Shown: positions 1 to 10,625, counted from the first letter of the stretch. The stretch: 64,000 nucleotides of DNA from Alphaproteobacteria bacterium (GCA_037200745.1 JBBCHK010000010.1:3101-67100); one strand, 5' to 3'. Notes: generated by a model not told the origin, from the letters alone. Program-made: numbers and translations.

Positions 1-120
1 ATCCACGCCTATGAGATCGCCCAGCACGCGATCAATCTCCCCAGCGCGCTCTGCCTCACCGAGGCCGATATAAGGCGTGTCGTTCACGCATTAAGCGTTA
101 TCCTTCCCAAAGGGAAATAA
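1..120 (+). CDS. 3' end of a gene that starts outside the window (possibly a DegT/DnrJ/EryC1-type aminotransferase C-terminus)
   Basis: Frame 1 is open from base 1 to TAA at 118-120 and reads IHAYEIAQHAINLPSALCLTEADIRRVVHALSVILPKGK. The family guess rests only on resemblance of the C-terminal motif. Confidence 0.3.
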   Translation: MHAYEIAQHAINLPSALCLTEADIRRVVHALSVILPKGK

Positions 121-253
121 CTCTCTGGCCCCACTGGAAAGCTAAAATTACGTGTAAATCCATTATCTTATGATATAATGAAACGAAACCGTTGCGTTTC
201 GTATTCTTTGTGGTAGGGTGGGTGCATCGATTCATTCTTTCAAGGCGGTCCTT

Positions 254-694
254 ATGCGTATCAAAACCCCAACCGTGCTCGCGCTGGCGACGATGTTCGC
301 GCTCATGCAGGCCGCACCGGCCTTTGCCTACGACCATCACGGCGGCTGGGGCGGCGGCCACGGCCACGAAAGCTGGGGAAGCCACGGCGGCGGACGCGGG
401 CATGACGGCCATGGCGGGCCGCTGCTCATCGTCGCTGCGGCGGCGCTGGCCGTCGGCGCGGTCGAGCTTTTGAGCGCGCCGGTGCGCGCCGTCGCGGCCA
501 GCAACTATAACGGCGGCTACGACAATTACGGCGGCCCTCCCCCGGGCGGCGGCTATGCCCCGCCGAACTATTATGCGCAGGCCCCCGCCTACGCGCAGCC
601 GGCGTATGGCTACTACCCGCCGCGCGCCTACTACGCGCCGCAGCCCTACTACGCGCCGCAACCTTACTACGGGCGTCCGTACTATGGCGGCTAA
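254..694 (+). CDS. Secreted/membrane His-Gly-rich and Tyr-Pro-rich repeat protein (hypothetical)
   Basis: Signal peptide MRIKTPTVLALATMFALMQAAPAFA, a HGGWGGGHGHESWGSHGGGRGHDGHGG tract, a hydrophobic helix, then YYAPQPYYAPQPYY repeats. The start at ATG 254 lies inside ORF 218-694. Confidence 0.55.
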   Translation: MRIKTPTVLALATMFALMQAAPAFAYDHHGGWGGGHGHESWGSHGGGRGHDGHGGPLLIVAAAALAVGAVELLSAPVRAVAASNYNGGYDNYGGPPPGGGYAPPNYYAQAPAYAQPAYGYYPPRAYYAPQPYYAPQPYYGRPYYGG

Positions 695-1334
695 GGCGCG
701 GCGGAAATCGGCCGGCGGCCGGCCGTCGCGGGAGCGCGCGCAGAAGATCCGCGACGATATCCTCGACATCGCCACGCGGCTGTTCCTCGAGCACGGCTAC
801 GGCGCGACGAGCATCGAGGCGGTGGCGCAGGCGGCGCGCATGTCCAAGCGCACCTTCTACGCCCGCTTCGACGACAAGGAAGCGCTGTTCGCCGGCGTGG
901 TCGAGCGGCTGGTGGGCCGGCTGCGTCCGAAGGACCCGGCGCCTTTCTTCTCCGGCGGCTCGCTGGAGGACATCCTCAACCGCCTCGCCCGGCTCATCCT
1001 CCACGCGGCGCTGATGCCGGACGCGGTGGCGCTGCACCGGCTCATCCTCGCCGAGGCCGGGCGTTTCCCCGAGCTCGCCCGCATCGCCGACTCGCAAGGG
1101 GGGAGGCACGACGCGATCGAGCACATCGCCGCGCTGCTGGATGCGCACGCCGTACGGCCCGATCGCGCGGCCTCGCGCATCGCCGCCGAGCAGTTCCTGC
1201 AGCTCGTCGTCACCACGCCGCAGCGGCGGGCGATGGGGCTGGGCGGCACGCCGATGAATGAAACGGAGGCCGCGCACTGGGCCCGCGACGCGGTCGCGCT
1301 ATTTCTTCATGGCTATCCGGCGAATCCCCGCTAG
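684..1334 (+). CDS. TetR/AcrR family transcriptional regulator
   Basis: N-terminal HTH (RDDILDIATRLFLEHGYGATSIEAVAQAARMSKRTFYARFDDKEALF). ATG 684 overlaps the upstream gene by 11 nt, and the gene sits directly upstream of the MFS pump. Confidence 0.85.
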   Translation: MAAKARRKSAGGRPSRERAQKIRDDILDIATRLFLEHGYGATSIEAVAQAARMSKRTFYARFDDKEALFAGVVERLVGRLRPKDPAPFFSGGSLEDILNRLARLILHAALMPDAVALHRLILAEAGRFPELARIADSQGGRHDAIEHIAALLDAHAVRPDRAASRIAAEQFLQLVVTTPQRRAMGLGGTPMNETEAAHWARDAVALFLHGYPANPR

Positions 1335-1343
1335 AAAAAGGGA

Positions 1344-2777
1344 ATGGATAGCAGCCAGATCAAACGTTACCTCCCCTGGGTCGTCGCCGCCGCCTTGTTC
1401 ATGGAGCAGCTCGACTCGACCATCGTCAACACCGCGGTGCCGAGCATGGCGGCCAGCCTGCACGTGACGCCGCTCAGCCTGAAGGCGGTGGTGGCGAGCT
1501 ATATCCTGAGCTTCGCGGTGTGCATCCCCGTCAGCGGCTGGATGGCGGACCGCTACGGCACGCGGCGCGTCTTCGCCATCGCGGTGGCGCTGTTCACGCT
1601 CGCCTCGGCGATGTGCGGGCTCTCCGTCAGCGTGCCGATGCTGGTCGCCGCGCGCATCCTGCAGGGCGTCGGCGCGGCGATGATGATGCCGGTCGGGCGG
1701 CTCGCCATCATCCGCACCTTCCCCAAGTCCGAGCTGCTGACGGCGATGAACTTCGTCATCATCCCGGCGCTGATCGGGCCGCTCCTGGGGCCGACGGTGG
1801 GCGGGCTGATCGTGCATTTCCTCTCCTGGCGGGAAATTTTCTTCGTCAACATCCCCGTCGGCATCCTCGCCCAGTTCCTGATCCACCGCCACATGCCCGA
1901 CTATCGCGGCGACGTCTCCCGCCCGCTCGACATCGCCGGGCTGGCGCTGTTCGGCACCGGCACCGCCCTGCTCTCCTGGCTGCTGGAGATCTTCGGCGAG
2001 CATGCGATCACCACGACGCACGCCGTCCTCGTCTTCCTTCTCGCCGCTTCCCTGCTCGGCGGCTACGTGCTGCACGCGCGGCGCATTCCCTTCCCGCTGC
2101 TGCGCCTCGAGCTGTTCCGGCTGCGCACGTTCCGCGTCTCGGTCGCCGGCGGCTTCATCACCCGCCTCGGCATCGGCGGGATGCCGTTCCTGCTGCCGCT
2201 GCTCTACCAGCTCGGGCTGGGGCTGCCGGCGTGGGAGTCCGGCATGCTGATGATGCCGGCCGCCCTCGCCGCGATGAGCATGAAAGTCATGTCGACGCGC
2301 ATCCTCAAGCGCACGGGCTACCGCAAGGTGCTGCTGGCGAACACCTTCCTGATCGGCGCCACGATCGGCCTGTTCTCGCTCATCGCGCCGGGGACGCCGC
2401 TCGCGTTCATCGTGCTGCTCGGGCTGGCGCAGGGCTTCTTCAACTCGCTGCAATTCTCCAGCATGAACAGCATGGCCTATGCCGATATCGGCGCGTCCGA
2501 CTCCAGCATGGCGAGCACCATCGCGAGCTCCTTCCAGCAGCTTTCGCTCAGCTTCGGCCTCGCCTTCGGCTCGCTGGTCGCGGCGTGGTTCCTGGGCGGG
2601 CTGCCGCAGTCGGACCACATGGCCATCATCGGCGCGCTGCACCACGCGTTCCTCGCGCTGGGGGCGCTGACGGTGCTTTCCTCGCTGGTCTTCGTTTTCC
2701 TGCGTACCGGCGACGGCGACAGCGTCAGCCGGGGCCTGAAAGTCGCCGAGGATCCGGCCGTCAAACCGGCGACCTGA
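1344..2777 (+). CDS. MFS transporter, DHA2/EmrB-type drug:H+ antiporter
   Basis: 477 aa with many TM segments and DHA2-like motifs ([40 protein letters not shown]). Confidence 0.9.
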   Translation: MDSSQIKRYLPWVVAAALFMEQLDSTIVNTAVPSMAASLHVTPLSLKAVVASYILSFAVCIPVSGWMADRYGTRRVFAIAVALFTLASAMCGLSVSVPMLVAARILQGVGAAMMMPVGRLAIIRTFPKSELLTAMNFVIIPALIGPLLGPTVGGLIVHFLSWREIFFVNIPVGILAQFLIHRHMPDYRGDVSRPLDIAGLALFGTGTALLSWLLEIFGEHAITTTHAVLVFLLAASLLGGYVLHARRIPFPLLRLELFRLRTFRVSVAGGFITRLGIGGMPFLLPLLYQLGLGLPAWESGMLMMPAALAAMSMKVMSTRILKRTGYRKVLLANTFLIGATIGLFSLIAPGTPLAFIVLLGLAQGFFNSLQFSSMNSMAYADIGASDSSMASTIASSFQQLSLSFGLAFGSLVAAWFLGGLPQSDHMAIIGALHHAFLALGALTVLSSLVFVFLRTGDGDSVSRGLKVAEDPAVKPAT

Positions 2778-2831
2778 GGCCGCTTTATCGCCGGATTATA
2801 ACGAAAATCCGATTCTTATGCACAATATCCA

Positions 2832-2859
2832 TTGACCGGCGGCGGAAATCCTGTATGGT
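2832..2859 (+). promoter_or_regulatory. Candidate sigma70-type promoter of cspA (TTGACC-16 nt-TATGGT), implying a ~185-nt 5' UTR
   Basis: TTGACC at 2832-2837 and TATGGT at 2854-2859. Long leaders are typical of csp mRNAs. Motif match only. Confidence 0.3.
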
Positions 2860-3046
2860 GCCTCTCGAGTTTTTCACTACTCTTGCATGTGTTGGCTGCT
2901 TTGCAGCGTACCTAACGGTACAGACGGTCTTCCAAAAGTTGATCCTGACAGCGTTTGATAAAGAGTTCCCCGAATGGTTCGGGAGGGATGCTCAACGGCC
3001 GCCTCGAAAGGGCGGTTGCAATGTTCTGTCTAAAGGAGACAACGAT

Positions 3047-3253
3047 ATGGCTACCGGTACTGTAAAATGGTTCAATCCGACCAAAGGCTTCGGCTTCATC
3101 CAACCCGACCAGGGCGGTCAGGATGTGTTCGTACACATCACCGCGCTTGAAAAAGCGGGTCTGCGCAGCCTCAACGAAGGCCAGAAAGTCAGCTACGAGC
3201 TGGCGACCGAAAAGGGCAAGACCTCGGCTGCGAACCTGAAACTCGCCGCCTAG
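3047..3253 (+). CDS. cspA: Cold-shock protein, CspA family
   Basis: 68 aa, [34 protein letters not shown], with RNP1/RNP2 motifs. RBS AAGGAG lies 8 nt upstream. Only the last 69 codons of ORF 1520-3253 are real. Confidence 0.95.
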   Translation: MATGTVKWFNPTKGFGFIQPDQGGQDVFVHITALEKAGLRSLNEGQKVSYELATEKGKTSAANLKLAA

Positions 3254-3277
3254 TTTTTCTACCCCATTAAAAAACGG

Positions 3278-3318
3278 CTGACCGCGTCCGGACGTTCCGG
3301 GCGCGGTCAGTGTTTATG
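3278..3318 (+). terminator. Hairpin downstream of cspA (possible terminator or attenuator ahead of the helicase gene)
   Basis: CTGACCGCGTCCGG (3278-3291) pairs with CCGGGCGCGGTCAG (3297-3310) and is followed by TGTTTAT. Confidence 0.45.
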
Positions 3319-3327
3319 AAAGTATGT

Positions 3328-4533
3328 ATGCAAAATTTTGACTCGCTGGGCCTGCGCCCGGCCCTGCTGCGCGCGCTCGCGCAGATGAATTTCACCACGC
3401 CGACGCCGATCCAGGCCGCCGCCATTCCCCCGGCGCTCGAGGGCAAGGATATTCTCGGCACCGCCCAGACCGGCACCGGCAAGACCGGCGCCTTCGGCAT
3501 CCCGCTGGTCTCCCGCCTGCTCGCCAACCCGCAGGACGGCGCACTCGTCATGACCCCCACGCGCGAGCTCGCCGTGCAGGTGATGGCGATGCTGCAGCAG
3601 CTGCTCGGCACCAACAGCGGCATCACTACCGCCCTGCTCATCGGCGGCGAAGCGATGGGCAAGCAATTGCGCCAGCTGCAATCCCGCCCGCGCCTGATCG
3701 TCGGCACGCCGGGGCGCATCAACGACCACCTCGCCCGCCGCACGGTGCGGCTCGAGCGCACGTCCTTCCTCGTCCTCGACGAGACCGACCGCATGCTCGA
3801 CATGGGCTTCGGCGTGCAGATCGACAAGATCATCGCCCACCTGCCGAAGCCGCGCCAGACGCTGCTCTTCTCGGCCACCCTGCCCGCCAACATCCTCAAG
3901 CTCTCCGGCAAGTACCTGAGCGATCCCGTGCGCGTCTCCGTCGGCTCGACCACGGCGCCGATCGTGCGCATCAAGCAGGAGACCATCCAGCTCGCCGAGG
4001 CCGATAAATACGGCCAGCTGCTCGTGCAGCTCCAGCAGCGCGAGGGCTCGATCATCGTCTTCGTCAAGACGAAATGGGGCGCCGACAAGATGGCGAAGAA
4101 GCTGCGCGCGATGAACCACCGCGCCGACGCCATCCACGGCAACCTTCGCCAGCGCGAGCGTGACCGCGCCATCGCCGCCTTCCGCAGCAAGGAGACCCGC
4201 ATCATGGTGGCGACCGACATCGCCGCGCGCGGGCTCGACATCCCGCATATCGAGCACGTCATCAACTACGACCTGCCGCAATGCCCGGAGGATTACATCC
4301 ACCGCATCGGCCGCACCGCGCGCGCCGGGGCGGAGGGCGAGGCGATCAACCTCGTCACCCCGGCCGACGGCAAGAAGTGGAGCGCGATCCGCCGCCTGCT
4401 CAACCCGGAAGAAAAACGCGAGCACACCCCGCGCGCCGCGCAGGGTCCGCGCGGCAACGGGCAGCAGCGCCGCCGCTACCGCCCGAACCGCCATCGCGGC
4501 AGCGACCGCCAGGCGATGCGCCCCGCCGCGTAG
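3328..4533 (+). CDS. DEAD-box ATP-dependent RNA helicase (RhlE-like); motif II reads DETD
   Basis: Q motif TPTPIQ, Walker [35 protein letters not shown], and a basic Arg-rich tail. Alternative starts at 3310 and 3316. Confidence 0.9.
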   Translation: MQNFDSLGLRPALLRALAQMNFTTPTPIQAAAIPPALEGKDILGTAQTGTGKTGAFGIPLVSRLLANPQDGALVMTPTRELAVQVMAMLQQLLGTNSGITTALLIGGEAMGKQLRQLQSRPRLIVGTPGRINDHLARRTVRLERTSFLVLDETDRMLDMGFGVQIDKIIAHLPKPRQTLLFSATLPANILKLSGKYLSDPVRVSVGSTTAPIVRIKQETIQLAEADKYGQLLVQLQQREGSIIVFVKTKWGADKMAKKLRAMNHRADAIHGNLRQRERDRAIAAFRSKETRIMVATDIAARGLDIPHIEHVINYDLPQCPEDYIHRIGRTARAGAEGEAINLVTPADGKKWSAIRRLLNPEEKREHTPRAAQGPRGNGQQRRRYRPNRHRGSDRQAMRPAA

Positions 4534-4599
4534 GTGACGTACTAATAGACGGTTTATCCGCCGGCTGCTAAAGCGCTCCTGCCAACCAAGGAGCGCGTC

Positions 4600-5250
4600 A
4601 TGCAACTATTCCGTTCCCTCCTCGCCATCGGCGCCGCTGCCTTTGCGCTTAGCGCGCAGGCGGCCGACCTCGCCACGCTGAGCGTGCATGTGCAGGGCAT
4701 CGAGCCCGAAAGCAGCATCCCCGACGCCAACGCGCTCTGCGTGCCGACGGCGAACGGAAAGAGCGGGCCGGGGCAGAGCCTGCGCCCATCCATCGCCTGG
4801 TCGCCGGGGCCGGCGGGGACCAAGTCCTACGTCGTCATCGTCTCCGATCCCGACGTGCCGCAGGACCTGACGCAGGCCGACAAGCCGCAGACCATCCCGG
4901 CCGACGCGCCGCGCCAAACCTTCTACCACTGGGTGCAGCTCGCCATCCCGGCGGACGTCGCCCGCATCGGCGGCAGCGACGAGACCGCGCAGCCCAAGGT
5001 CGGCATCGGCGCGATCAACGACGTCACCGCGGCGAACCCGTTCGGCTACGGCGGCCCCTGCCCGCCCTGGAACGATCTGCGCGTGCACCATTACCATTTC
5101 CAGGTGCTGGCGCTCGACGTCGCCAGCCTGACGCTACCGAAAGGCGCCACCGGCAAGATGGTCGCCAACGTGCTGCCCGGCCACGTGCTCGCGCGCGGCG
5201 AGGTCGTCGGCACCTACACCACCAACGCCCAATTGCTGCACGCGAAATAA
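4600..5250 (+). CDS. YbhB/YbcL family Raf-kinase-inhibitor-like (PEBP) protein, secreted
   Basis: Signal peptide plus PEBP motifs (YVVIVSDPDVP, FYHWV, GYGGPCPP, HHYHFQVLALD). Confidence 0.85.
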   Translation: MQLFRSLLAIGAAAFALSAQAADLATLSVHVQGIEPESSIPDANALCVPTANGKSGPGQSLRPSIAWSPGPAGTKSYVVIVSDPDVPQDLTQADKPQTIPADAPRQTFYHWVQLAIPADVARIGGSDETAQPKVGIGAINDVTAANPFGYGGPCPPWNDLRVHHYHFQVLALDVASLTLPKGATGKMVANVLPGHVLARGEVVGTYTTNAQLLHAK

Positions 5251-5270
5251 TCTTCTACCGTCGGGCCGCC

Positions 5271-5360
5271 GGATGGGTGGCCGAGTGGTTTAAGGCAGCA
5301 GTCTTGAAAACTGCCATACCCGCAAGGGTATCGTGAGTTCGAATCTCACCCCATCCGCCA
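5271..5360 (+). tRNA. tRNA-Ser (anticodon UGA)
   Basis: GGATGGGTGGCCGAGTGG...; anticodon loop CTTGAAA; long variable arm ATACCCGCAAGGGTATC; T-arm GAGTTCGAATCTC; encoded CCA end. Confidence 0.9.
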
Positions 5361-5362
5361 GC

Positions 5363-5791
5363 CTAATGAGGTTTGTCGAACTTGCGGCGTGCCTTTTCAA
5401 CTTGGTTTAGATTTTCCGCCGCCCATACCCATACACCACAGAATGCGGCACCGAGGCTTAAACCCAATGCAGTCAGCCGGTATTCAACTTTGGGCGGCAC
5501 CACCGGGTGAATGGTGCGCACAATCAGCCCATCACGTTCCATGTGCCGCAGTGTCTGGGTTAGCATTTTTTGACTGATTCCGGCAATCGCATCGCTAATG
5601 CGCGTAAAACGTAATTCGCCTTGTTCCGCGAGTAGCTCTAGCACTAGCATCGTCCATTTATCGGCAACGCGGCCAATTAGATCATTTACTAACGCTTCAA
5701 TACGAGGATCAATATCGATAGGTGGAGTTTGCGCTGCATAACGTTTAGCGTCGGCGATTTGCTTTTTACTAAACTTCGGAATGCTGGCCAT
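5363..5791 (-). CDS. HxlR family transcriptional regulator
   Basis: Winged-HTH core RVADKWTMLVLELLAEQGELRFTRISDAIAGISQKMLTQTLRHMERDGLIVRT..PPKVEYRLT. Confidence 0.85.
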   Translation of the reverse strand: MASIPKFSKKQIADAKRYAAQTPPIDIDPRIEALVNDLIGRVADKWTMLVLELLAEQGELRFTRISDAIAGISQKMLTQTLRHMERDGLIVRTIHPVVPPKVEYRLTALGLSLGAAFCGVWVWAAENLNQVEKARRKFDKPH

Positions 5792-5903
5792 TTCTTACAC
5801 TCTCTATTTGGTTAGTATAAAACTAAAAGGTGCCTACTTTCTTTTAGAGAGCATATCGCATATAACGGGATGCAACAAGGGTGAACACGCAACAGGAGCC
5901 AAT

Positions 5904-6674
5904 ATGAAACTTGAGCAAAGAACGATTCTTATCACGGGCGGTACGAGTGGTATTGGCCTTGAACTGGCAAAGCGTTTACTTCAGCAAGGCAACACAGTCA
6001 TCGTAACTGGCCGTGATGCAGTAAAGCTCGAAGCGACAAAGGCAGCATTGCCGAACATCCATATATTGCAAAGCGATGTTAGGGATCCCGTTGCTATCGG
6101 GGCATTATACGACAAAGTACTATCACAATTTCCGGCCCTCGACACGCTCATCAATAATGCCGGTATCATGCGTAACCTCGATATGAACAAACCGCGTGAC
6201 CTGGCCGATGTGACGCGTGAAATTGAGATTAACCTGAATGGCCCGGTGCGTATGGTGCAGCAGTTCCTCCCGCATCTAAAAACGAGGCCGCACGCATTGC
6301 TCGTCAATGTATCGTCCGGCCTTGCTTTTGTGCCGCTGCCCCTTTCCCCCGTGTATTCGGCGACGAAAGCTGCGATCCATTCCTTCTGCCAATCGTTACG
6401 CGTGCAGCTTAAAGGTACCAACGTTACCGTAGTCGAACTTGCGCCTCCAGGAACAGCCACCCCTCTATTTTACGGTGAATTCGAGAAAGAAACGAAGAAC
6501 CAGAAAGGCGTGATGCAAGTGGATGTGCTGGTCAACCATGCGATTCGTGGCATTGAGGCTGGAAAATTAGAAATTCGTCCGGGCTTAAGCAACGTCCTCA
6601 AGCTTATGAGCCGCGTTGCGCCAAGCTTTATGCTTAGCCAGCTAGCGAAAATGGGTGACGCAAAAGATAACTAG
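5904..6674 (+). CDS. SDR family oxidoreductase
   Basis: TGGTSGIG Rossmann motif, NNAG, and YSATKAA catalytic motif. RBS AGGAG at 5893-5897. Divergent from the HxlR gene. Confidence 0.85.
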   Translation: MKLEQRTILITGGTSGIGLELAKRLLQQGNTVIVTGRDAVKLEATKAALPNIHILQSDVRDPVAIGALYDKVLSQFPALDTLINNAGIMRNLDMNKPRDLADVTREIEINLNGPVRMVQQFLPHLKTRPHALLVNVSSGLAFVPLPLSPVYSATKAAIHSFCQSLRVQLKGTNVTVVELAPPGTATPLFYGEFEKETKNQKGVMQVDVLVNHAIRGIEAGKLEIRPGLSNVLKLMSRVAPSFMLSQLAKMGDAKDN

Positions 6675-7067
6675 ATTTCTATATTGGTATGACTCCCTAG
6701 ATAATATCGACGCGAATTCTAGAAGTTTTTCCCAACCGACGGTTTAGTCGATATTCCGCAAACCAAGGCAAACCCTAGATAAGGGAGTTTGCGGGCTATA
6801 TCGCTAGCATCGCCATTTAATTGAGTAAAAACAATAACTTATAAGACTAAAGAATCGTTAAATATCAAAAACTTTCCAAGTTCACTCAGAGACTAAAATT
6901 TCTTCGATGGGTTGTAGATTTTACATCGAAATCAAAAGTTTTGGGGTGAGCAAAGCACCTCCATTCGAGAAAGTTTCTGATAAGGCTGACAAATATTCAG
7001 TACACTGCGACAGAGATTGAGAGAATCTATGAGTGGAAAGAAAAAAGAACCGAGGCGAAGAACAAGC

Positions 7068-7994
7068 CTAATTTATGAAATGGTGAATGGCTGCGTCGGC
7101 GTTATCTTGAAATGAGGTATTTTTCAAAGCAGTAAAAAACGTGCTTTGATCCACCATTTCGCCCGATAACTTACCCTCTTTGCTGGCATAAAAAACGCCG
7201 CTTTTATATCGCGCATCCGAAATGGCATCGACAAAGCGTTTTGCACCTACTTCCAGCTTATGCACCATTCCGCCCATCAATGGGAATACGATTGGCATCA
7301 TCACATATTTCAACATAATCCGCATTGGCAGGGGAAGAGCATTTGGCGCCAAAGTTCCTTTCGTATTCCCTGGGCTCGCAACGACAAACTTGAGATTTGG
7401 GTATTTTCTTGCCATCGATAACGCCCACATAGTCATGACATATTTGACATAGGCGTAAGCCTGCAATGCATTAAACTTCTTACCAAAATATGATCCATCA
7501 AGAACTGCAACAAACTCATCTACTGAGGAAGTCCTCATTGAAACAGGTTTTACTCCGAGCATCTTTACACCCGGCACAGCTTCGGCGCTGATCGATAAAA
7601 CTACTTTCCTCAACTTGTCGCGCTTAATCAATTCCTCGACTAAAATGACATTACCTAAAATATTGGTCGCAGATAATTGATTCATCCCCGAAGGCGTCAA
7701 TTTCGCAGCGGTTTTCCCAATTACTCCGCCAGCATTCAAAATGACTGCATCAATGGGTTCTTTTATTTGTTCTACGGCTTTTCTGACAGAATCTGCATCT
7801 GTCACATCCCCAATAATAATTTCAAAAATCTTTTTCCCCGTTTTCTGCTCAAGGTCCTTTTTTGCTGCCTCTGCTCTCGCTTGATTCCTGCAAAAAAGAA
7901 TTACCTTTTTAGTTTCATTTTTTAAAGCTAACTGGCGAGCAGCTTCTTTCCCAAGCCCTGCATTTGCTCCGGTGATTAAGATACTTTCGTTCAT
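7068..7994 (-). CDS. SDR family oxidoreductase (retinol-dehydrogenase-like)
   Basis: ITGANAGLGKEAA Rossmann motif, LNAGG, and a YAYVKY Tyr-x3-Lys-like motif. 308 aa. Confidence 0.8.
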   Translation of the reverse strand: MNESILITGANAGLGKEAARQLALKNETKKVILFCRNQARAEAAKKDLEQKTGKKIFEIIIGDVTDADSVRKAVEQIKEPIDAVILNAGGVIGKTAAKLTPSGMNQLSATNILGNVILVEELIKRDKLRKVVLSISAEAVPGVKMLGVKPVSMRTSSVDEFVAVLDGSYFGKKFNALQAYAYVKYVMTMWALSMARKYPNLKFVVASPGNTKGTLAPNALPLPMRIMLKYVMMPIVFPLMGGMVHKLEVGAKRFVDAISDARYKSGVFYASKEGKLSGEMVDQSTFFTALKNTSFQDNADAAIHHFIN

Positions 7995-8084
7995 GTTTTT
8001 CCCTTTTTAGATTATCAATTAGAGCTAGCTTGCTATTTTCGAACTATTTAGTTATATATTAGAGCGATACCAAGTCAAGGAGTT

Positions 8085-8729
8085 TTGAACCAAATGATTC
8101 AGAATAAAGATAGGCCGCGTGGGCGGCCACGCAACTTCGACGAAATGCAGGCGCTGGAAAGGGCGAGCCAGGTATTTTGGTCGAAAGGCTATGATGGCGT
8201 AACCATCGATGATCTTGTTGCCGGGATGGGCGTGGGACGGCCGAGCTTGTATGCAGTCTTCGGCGACAAGCGGGCGATATTCTTGCGCTCTCTTAAGATG
8301 TACGCAGAACGGAAAGGCGCACAAGCCAAGAAGGCACTTCTCTCGCCACAGAGCCTTCGAGACTCGATGACCAGCTTTCTAAGTTACGCCGTGGAAAGTG
8401 CAACGGAGAAAGGTTCTGCCCGTGGCTGCCTTATGATTTGCGTTGCGCCGCTGGTGGACGATCCTGAGGTAAAGCAGTTCTTGCAGAAAGCAATTGCCGG
8501 TGGCGCCGCGCTGGTGGAAGGTCGTTTACGGGACGCAATCACAGCCGGTGAATTACCATCCGACTTTCCTGTGGCCGTGCGCGCGATCCAAGCGACGGAT
8601 TTTGCTCGTAGCCTGACCATGCGTGCGCATATAGGCATGCCACGCAAGACGCTCCTCAAAGATGCCGAGGAAGCAGCCGACTTGCTGCTCCTGCCGCTTC
8701 GTGGAAATGCGGGGCAAAAAAGGAAATAA
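8085..8729 (+). CDS. TetR/AcrR family transcriptional regulator
   Basis: HTH region ALERASQVFWSKGYDGVTIDDLVAGMGVGRPSLYAVFGDKRAIF. Divergent from the SDR at 7068-7994. Confidence 0.85.
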   Translation: MNQMIQNKDRPRGRPRNFDEMQALERASQVFWSKGYDGVTIDDLVAGMGVGRPSLYAVFGDKRAIFLRSLKMYAERKGAQAKKALLSPQSLRDSMTSFLSYAVESATEKGSARGCLMICVAPLVDDPEVKQFLQKAIAGGAALVEGRLRDAITAGELPSDFPVAVRAIQATDFARSLTMRAHIGMPRKTLLKDAEEAADLLLLPLRGNAGQKRK

Positions 8730-9106
8730 CGCAATGGCCTTACTAGGCGGTTGTAGATTGTACGGAATACTACTGCTGAGTGCAGCCGCAGTCCGCTAAG
8801 GCGCGGAAACCCCCCAATAGAGTCTTCCGCAACCAGTATCGACTGCTCCGCCATTTTAAAAAGTCGGAATAATCTCCGTTCTAAAATTAGAAGCCGTGAA
8901 CCACAGTGTGACAGGGCATTTGGCGATTGGTAAGTCGCCGCACATATTGTGAGAGTCTCTAATTTCTCTCTCAAAATGCTCTCGAATCTCTGAGGCAGTG
9001 AACTAGAGATTTCAAAGTAGGTTAAAAATATGCTGTAATTTCAAAAGGCCAAATTTTGGCATTCCGGAACTACGACTGGTACTCCAGTTTAGGTTTCCGG
9101 AAGAAT

Positions 9107-9535
9107 CTATGTCGCTCTATTTAAATAGCGCTCAAATGCATTAATCGTACTCAATGTTTGAATCGGCAAGGCAAGTTTAGCGGGGATTTCTAGCAACTTA
9201 TTCTTAAACGACGCGTCGAGTTCATAGAAAATGCGAGTGGTTTGTTTATCGAGTTTTTCAAATACACACTCTGATCGGAAGCTTTTGAATAAAGCCGAAT
9301 TAGAAGTGACAGTAATCTTTTCATTTTCTTTAAATGAAATAGTGCATGTGTAAGTGAAGGCAATACTACGCAGTCCTAACGATAGATCAGCCACGAGATG
9401 ATTCTCACTGCGCTCGTTAATAGAAACTTTCTGAATGTAAGGAAGAATGCGCGGATACTCTTCAAGATTTAAGGCAAGCCGAAATACTTTCTCAATCGGA
9501 TGACGTAAGATTCGACTGCCTTTAAGCTGGGGCAT
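9107..9535 (-). CDS. SRPBCC (START/RatA/COQ10-like) domain protein
   Basis: 142 aa with the length and pattern of the polyketide_cyc2/RatA family (RILRHPIEKVFRLALNLEEYPRILPYI). Last gene of the arsR-desaturase-SRPBCC minus-strand string. Confidence 0.65.
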   Translation of the reverse strand: MPQLKGSRILRHPIEKVFRLALNLEEYPRILPYIQKVSINERSENHLVADLSLGLRSIAFTYTCTISFKENEKITVTSNSALFKSFRSECVFEKLDKQTTRIFYELDASFKNKLLEIPAKLALPIQTLSTINAFERYLNRAT

Positions 9536-9585
9536 GGAGTTTTTGCTGATTACGTTGCTGCCGCTCTAAAGTTTCCTGCGCTTGC

Positions 9586-10494
9586 TCAGTAATGGGTGAA
9601 ATTCCCTGCACGTGGTGGCAACGTGTCCGGTGTTCTAATATTGGAAGCCAGTCCCACACTTTCCAGCAACCTGACGAAATGATAGCCTATATCCAATTGG
9701 CCGGGATAAATACCGTGTCGCGCCGATGAAGGAAATGCATGATGATTATTATGCCAGCATTCGCCCATTGAAGGGAATTGCAGCCCAAGTAACGTTGCGG
9801 GCCTGTACGGCACCATCATCCACCAACCAATCTTGTGTACCGTGCGTATGGCACAAATAACCAACGAACCAATGCATATGCACGCCGACTGCCACACGAA
9901 CGATGACGCCCCAAACTACCCACGGCCATCCGCCAAGCGCATAGAAAATGATCGCGAGCGGCAATTGCTGCCAAGCCCAATAGCGTTGCAAAAATTGGTA
10001 AAATTTATCGTCTGCAATACCCTTGCCGGGGATCAAAGCCGGGCGGATGATCAAGCTTAAGCGTACAATGCAAATTCCACCAACCGTCTCTTACAATACC
10101 ACCGGCATGACGAAGATAGTCATGGCAGGTTGGGTGGCGCTGAGCCCAATCGCGAATATCGTGCGCGCGGATGACCCAAAATGGTCCATGCATGCCAACC
10201 AACACGCCAAAATACACAAGAATACGCTCTACCCATTTGGGGCACTCGAAGGTGCGATGAATCAAGCGCCGATGAAAAACCGACCGAGTGGCCCACACAC
10301 ATTGTGATTTCAAGTGAGATCAAAAAGAGAAGAAATGCACCCCATGTAAAAAACAGTGGGCCAAGAATTATGGCACCTAATAACATTCCACCATTCCAAA
10401 GAGAACGAAATGGATCCCATGAAACTGTTCCGGATACAGCGTCAACATCTGACGTGATGATGAGAGAATTAACTTTGTAAGCATCATCACTCAT
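9586..10494 (-). pseudogene. Acyl-CoA/acyl-lipid fatty acid desaturase, reading frame broken 3 times
   Basis: The His boxes are spread over four ORF pieces: GHSVGF|HRRLIHRTF, HMHWFVGYLCHTHG and WHNNHHAFPSSARHG. One break is an A5 run at 10275-10279 (T5 on the coding strand), where a run of 4 restores GFHRRLIH. Confidence 0.75.
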
Positions 10495-10625
10495 ACACTT
10501 TTAACTGGGCCAGCGAGTACTACTATTTCGTGGGATACAGTAGCAGCGGAAAACGACCAAGCGATTCTGTTCAGTCTGCATGATGACATTTCGCGCCAGA
10601 TAGCGTTGAAACCGAAAAAAGGAAA

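Noticed and set aside
1299-2645. A 448-aa ORF antisense to the MFS transporter. Similar long antisense or off-frame ORFs include 426-1277, 3307-4605, 15124-16131, 15158-16153, 43653-44732, 55527-56726 and 62718-63968.
   Set aside because: They have Arg/Ala/Gly/Pro-dominated low-complexity translations with no motifs, and they lie opposite genes with clear family signatures. Long stop-free antisense frames are expected in DNA of roughly two-thirds G+C.
1520-3253. A 577-aa ORF ending with the cold-shock protein sequence.
   Set aside because: Only the last 68 codons (from ATG 3047, which has an AAGGAG RBS) are CspA. The upstream part is an off-frame read-through of the MFS gene and the AT-rich leader.
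3328-4533. Motif II of the helicase reads DETD instead of DEAD.
   Set aside because: This is within the tolerated DExD variation of the superfamily, and all other motifs are canonical. On its own it is not evidence of altered function.
8970-8995. Partial similarity of CTCGAATCTCTGAGG to the tRNA-Ser T-arm (TTCGAATCTCACCCC), considered as a possible island att repeat.
   Set aside because: Only about 10 of 12 nt match, the position is internal to the island, and there is no extended identity with the tRNA 3' end.
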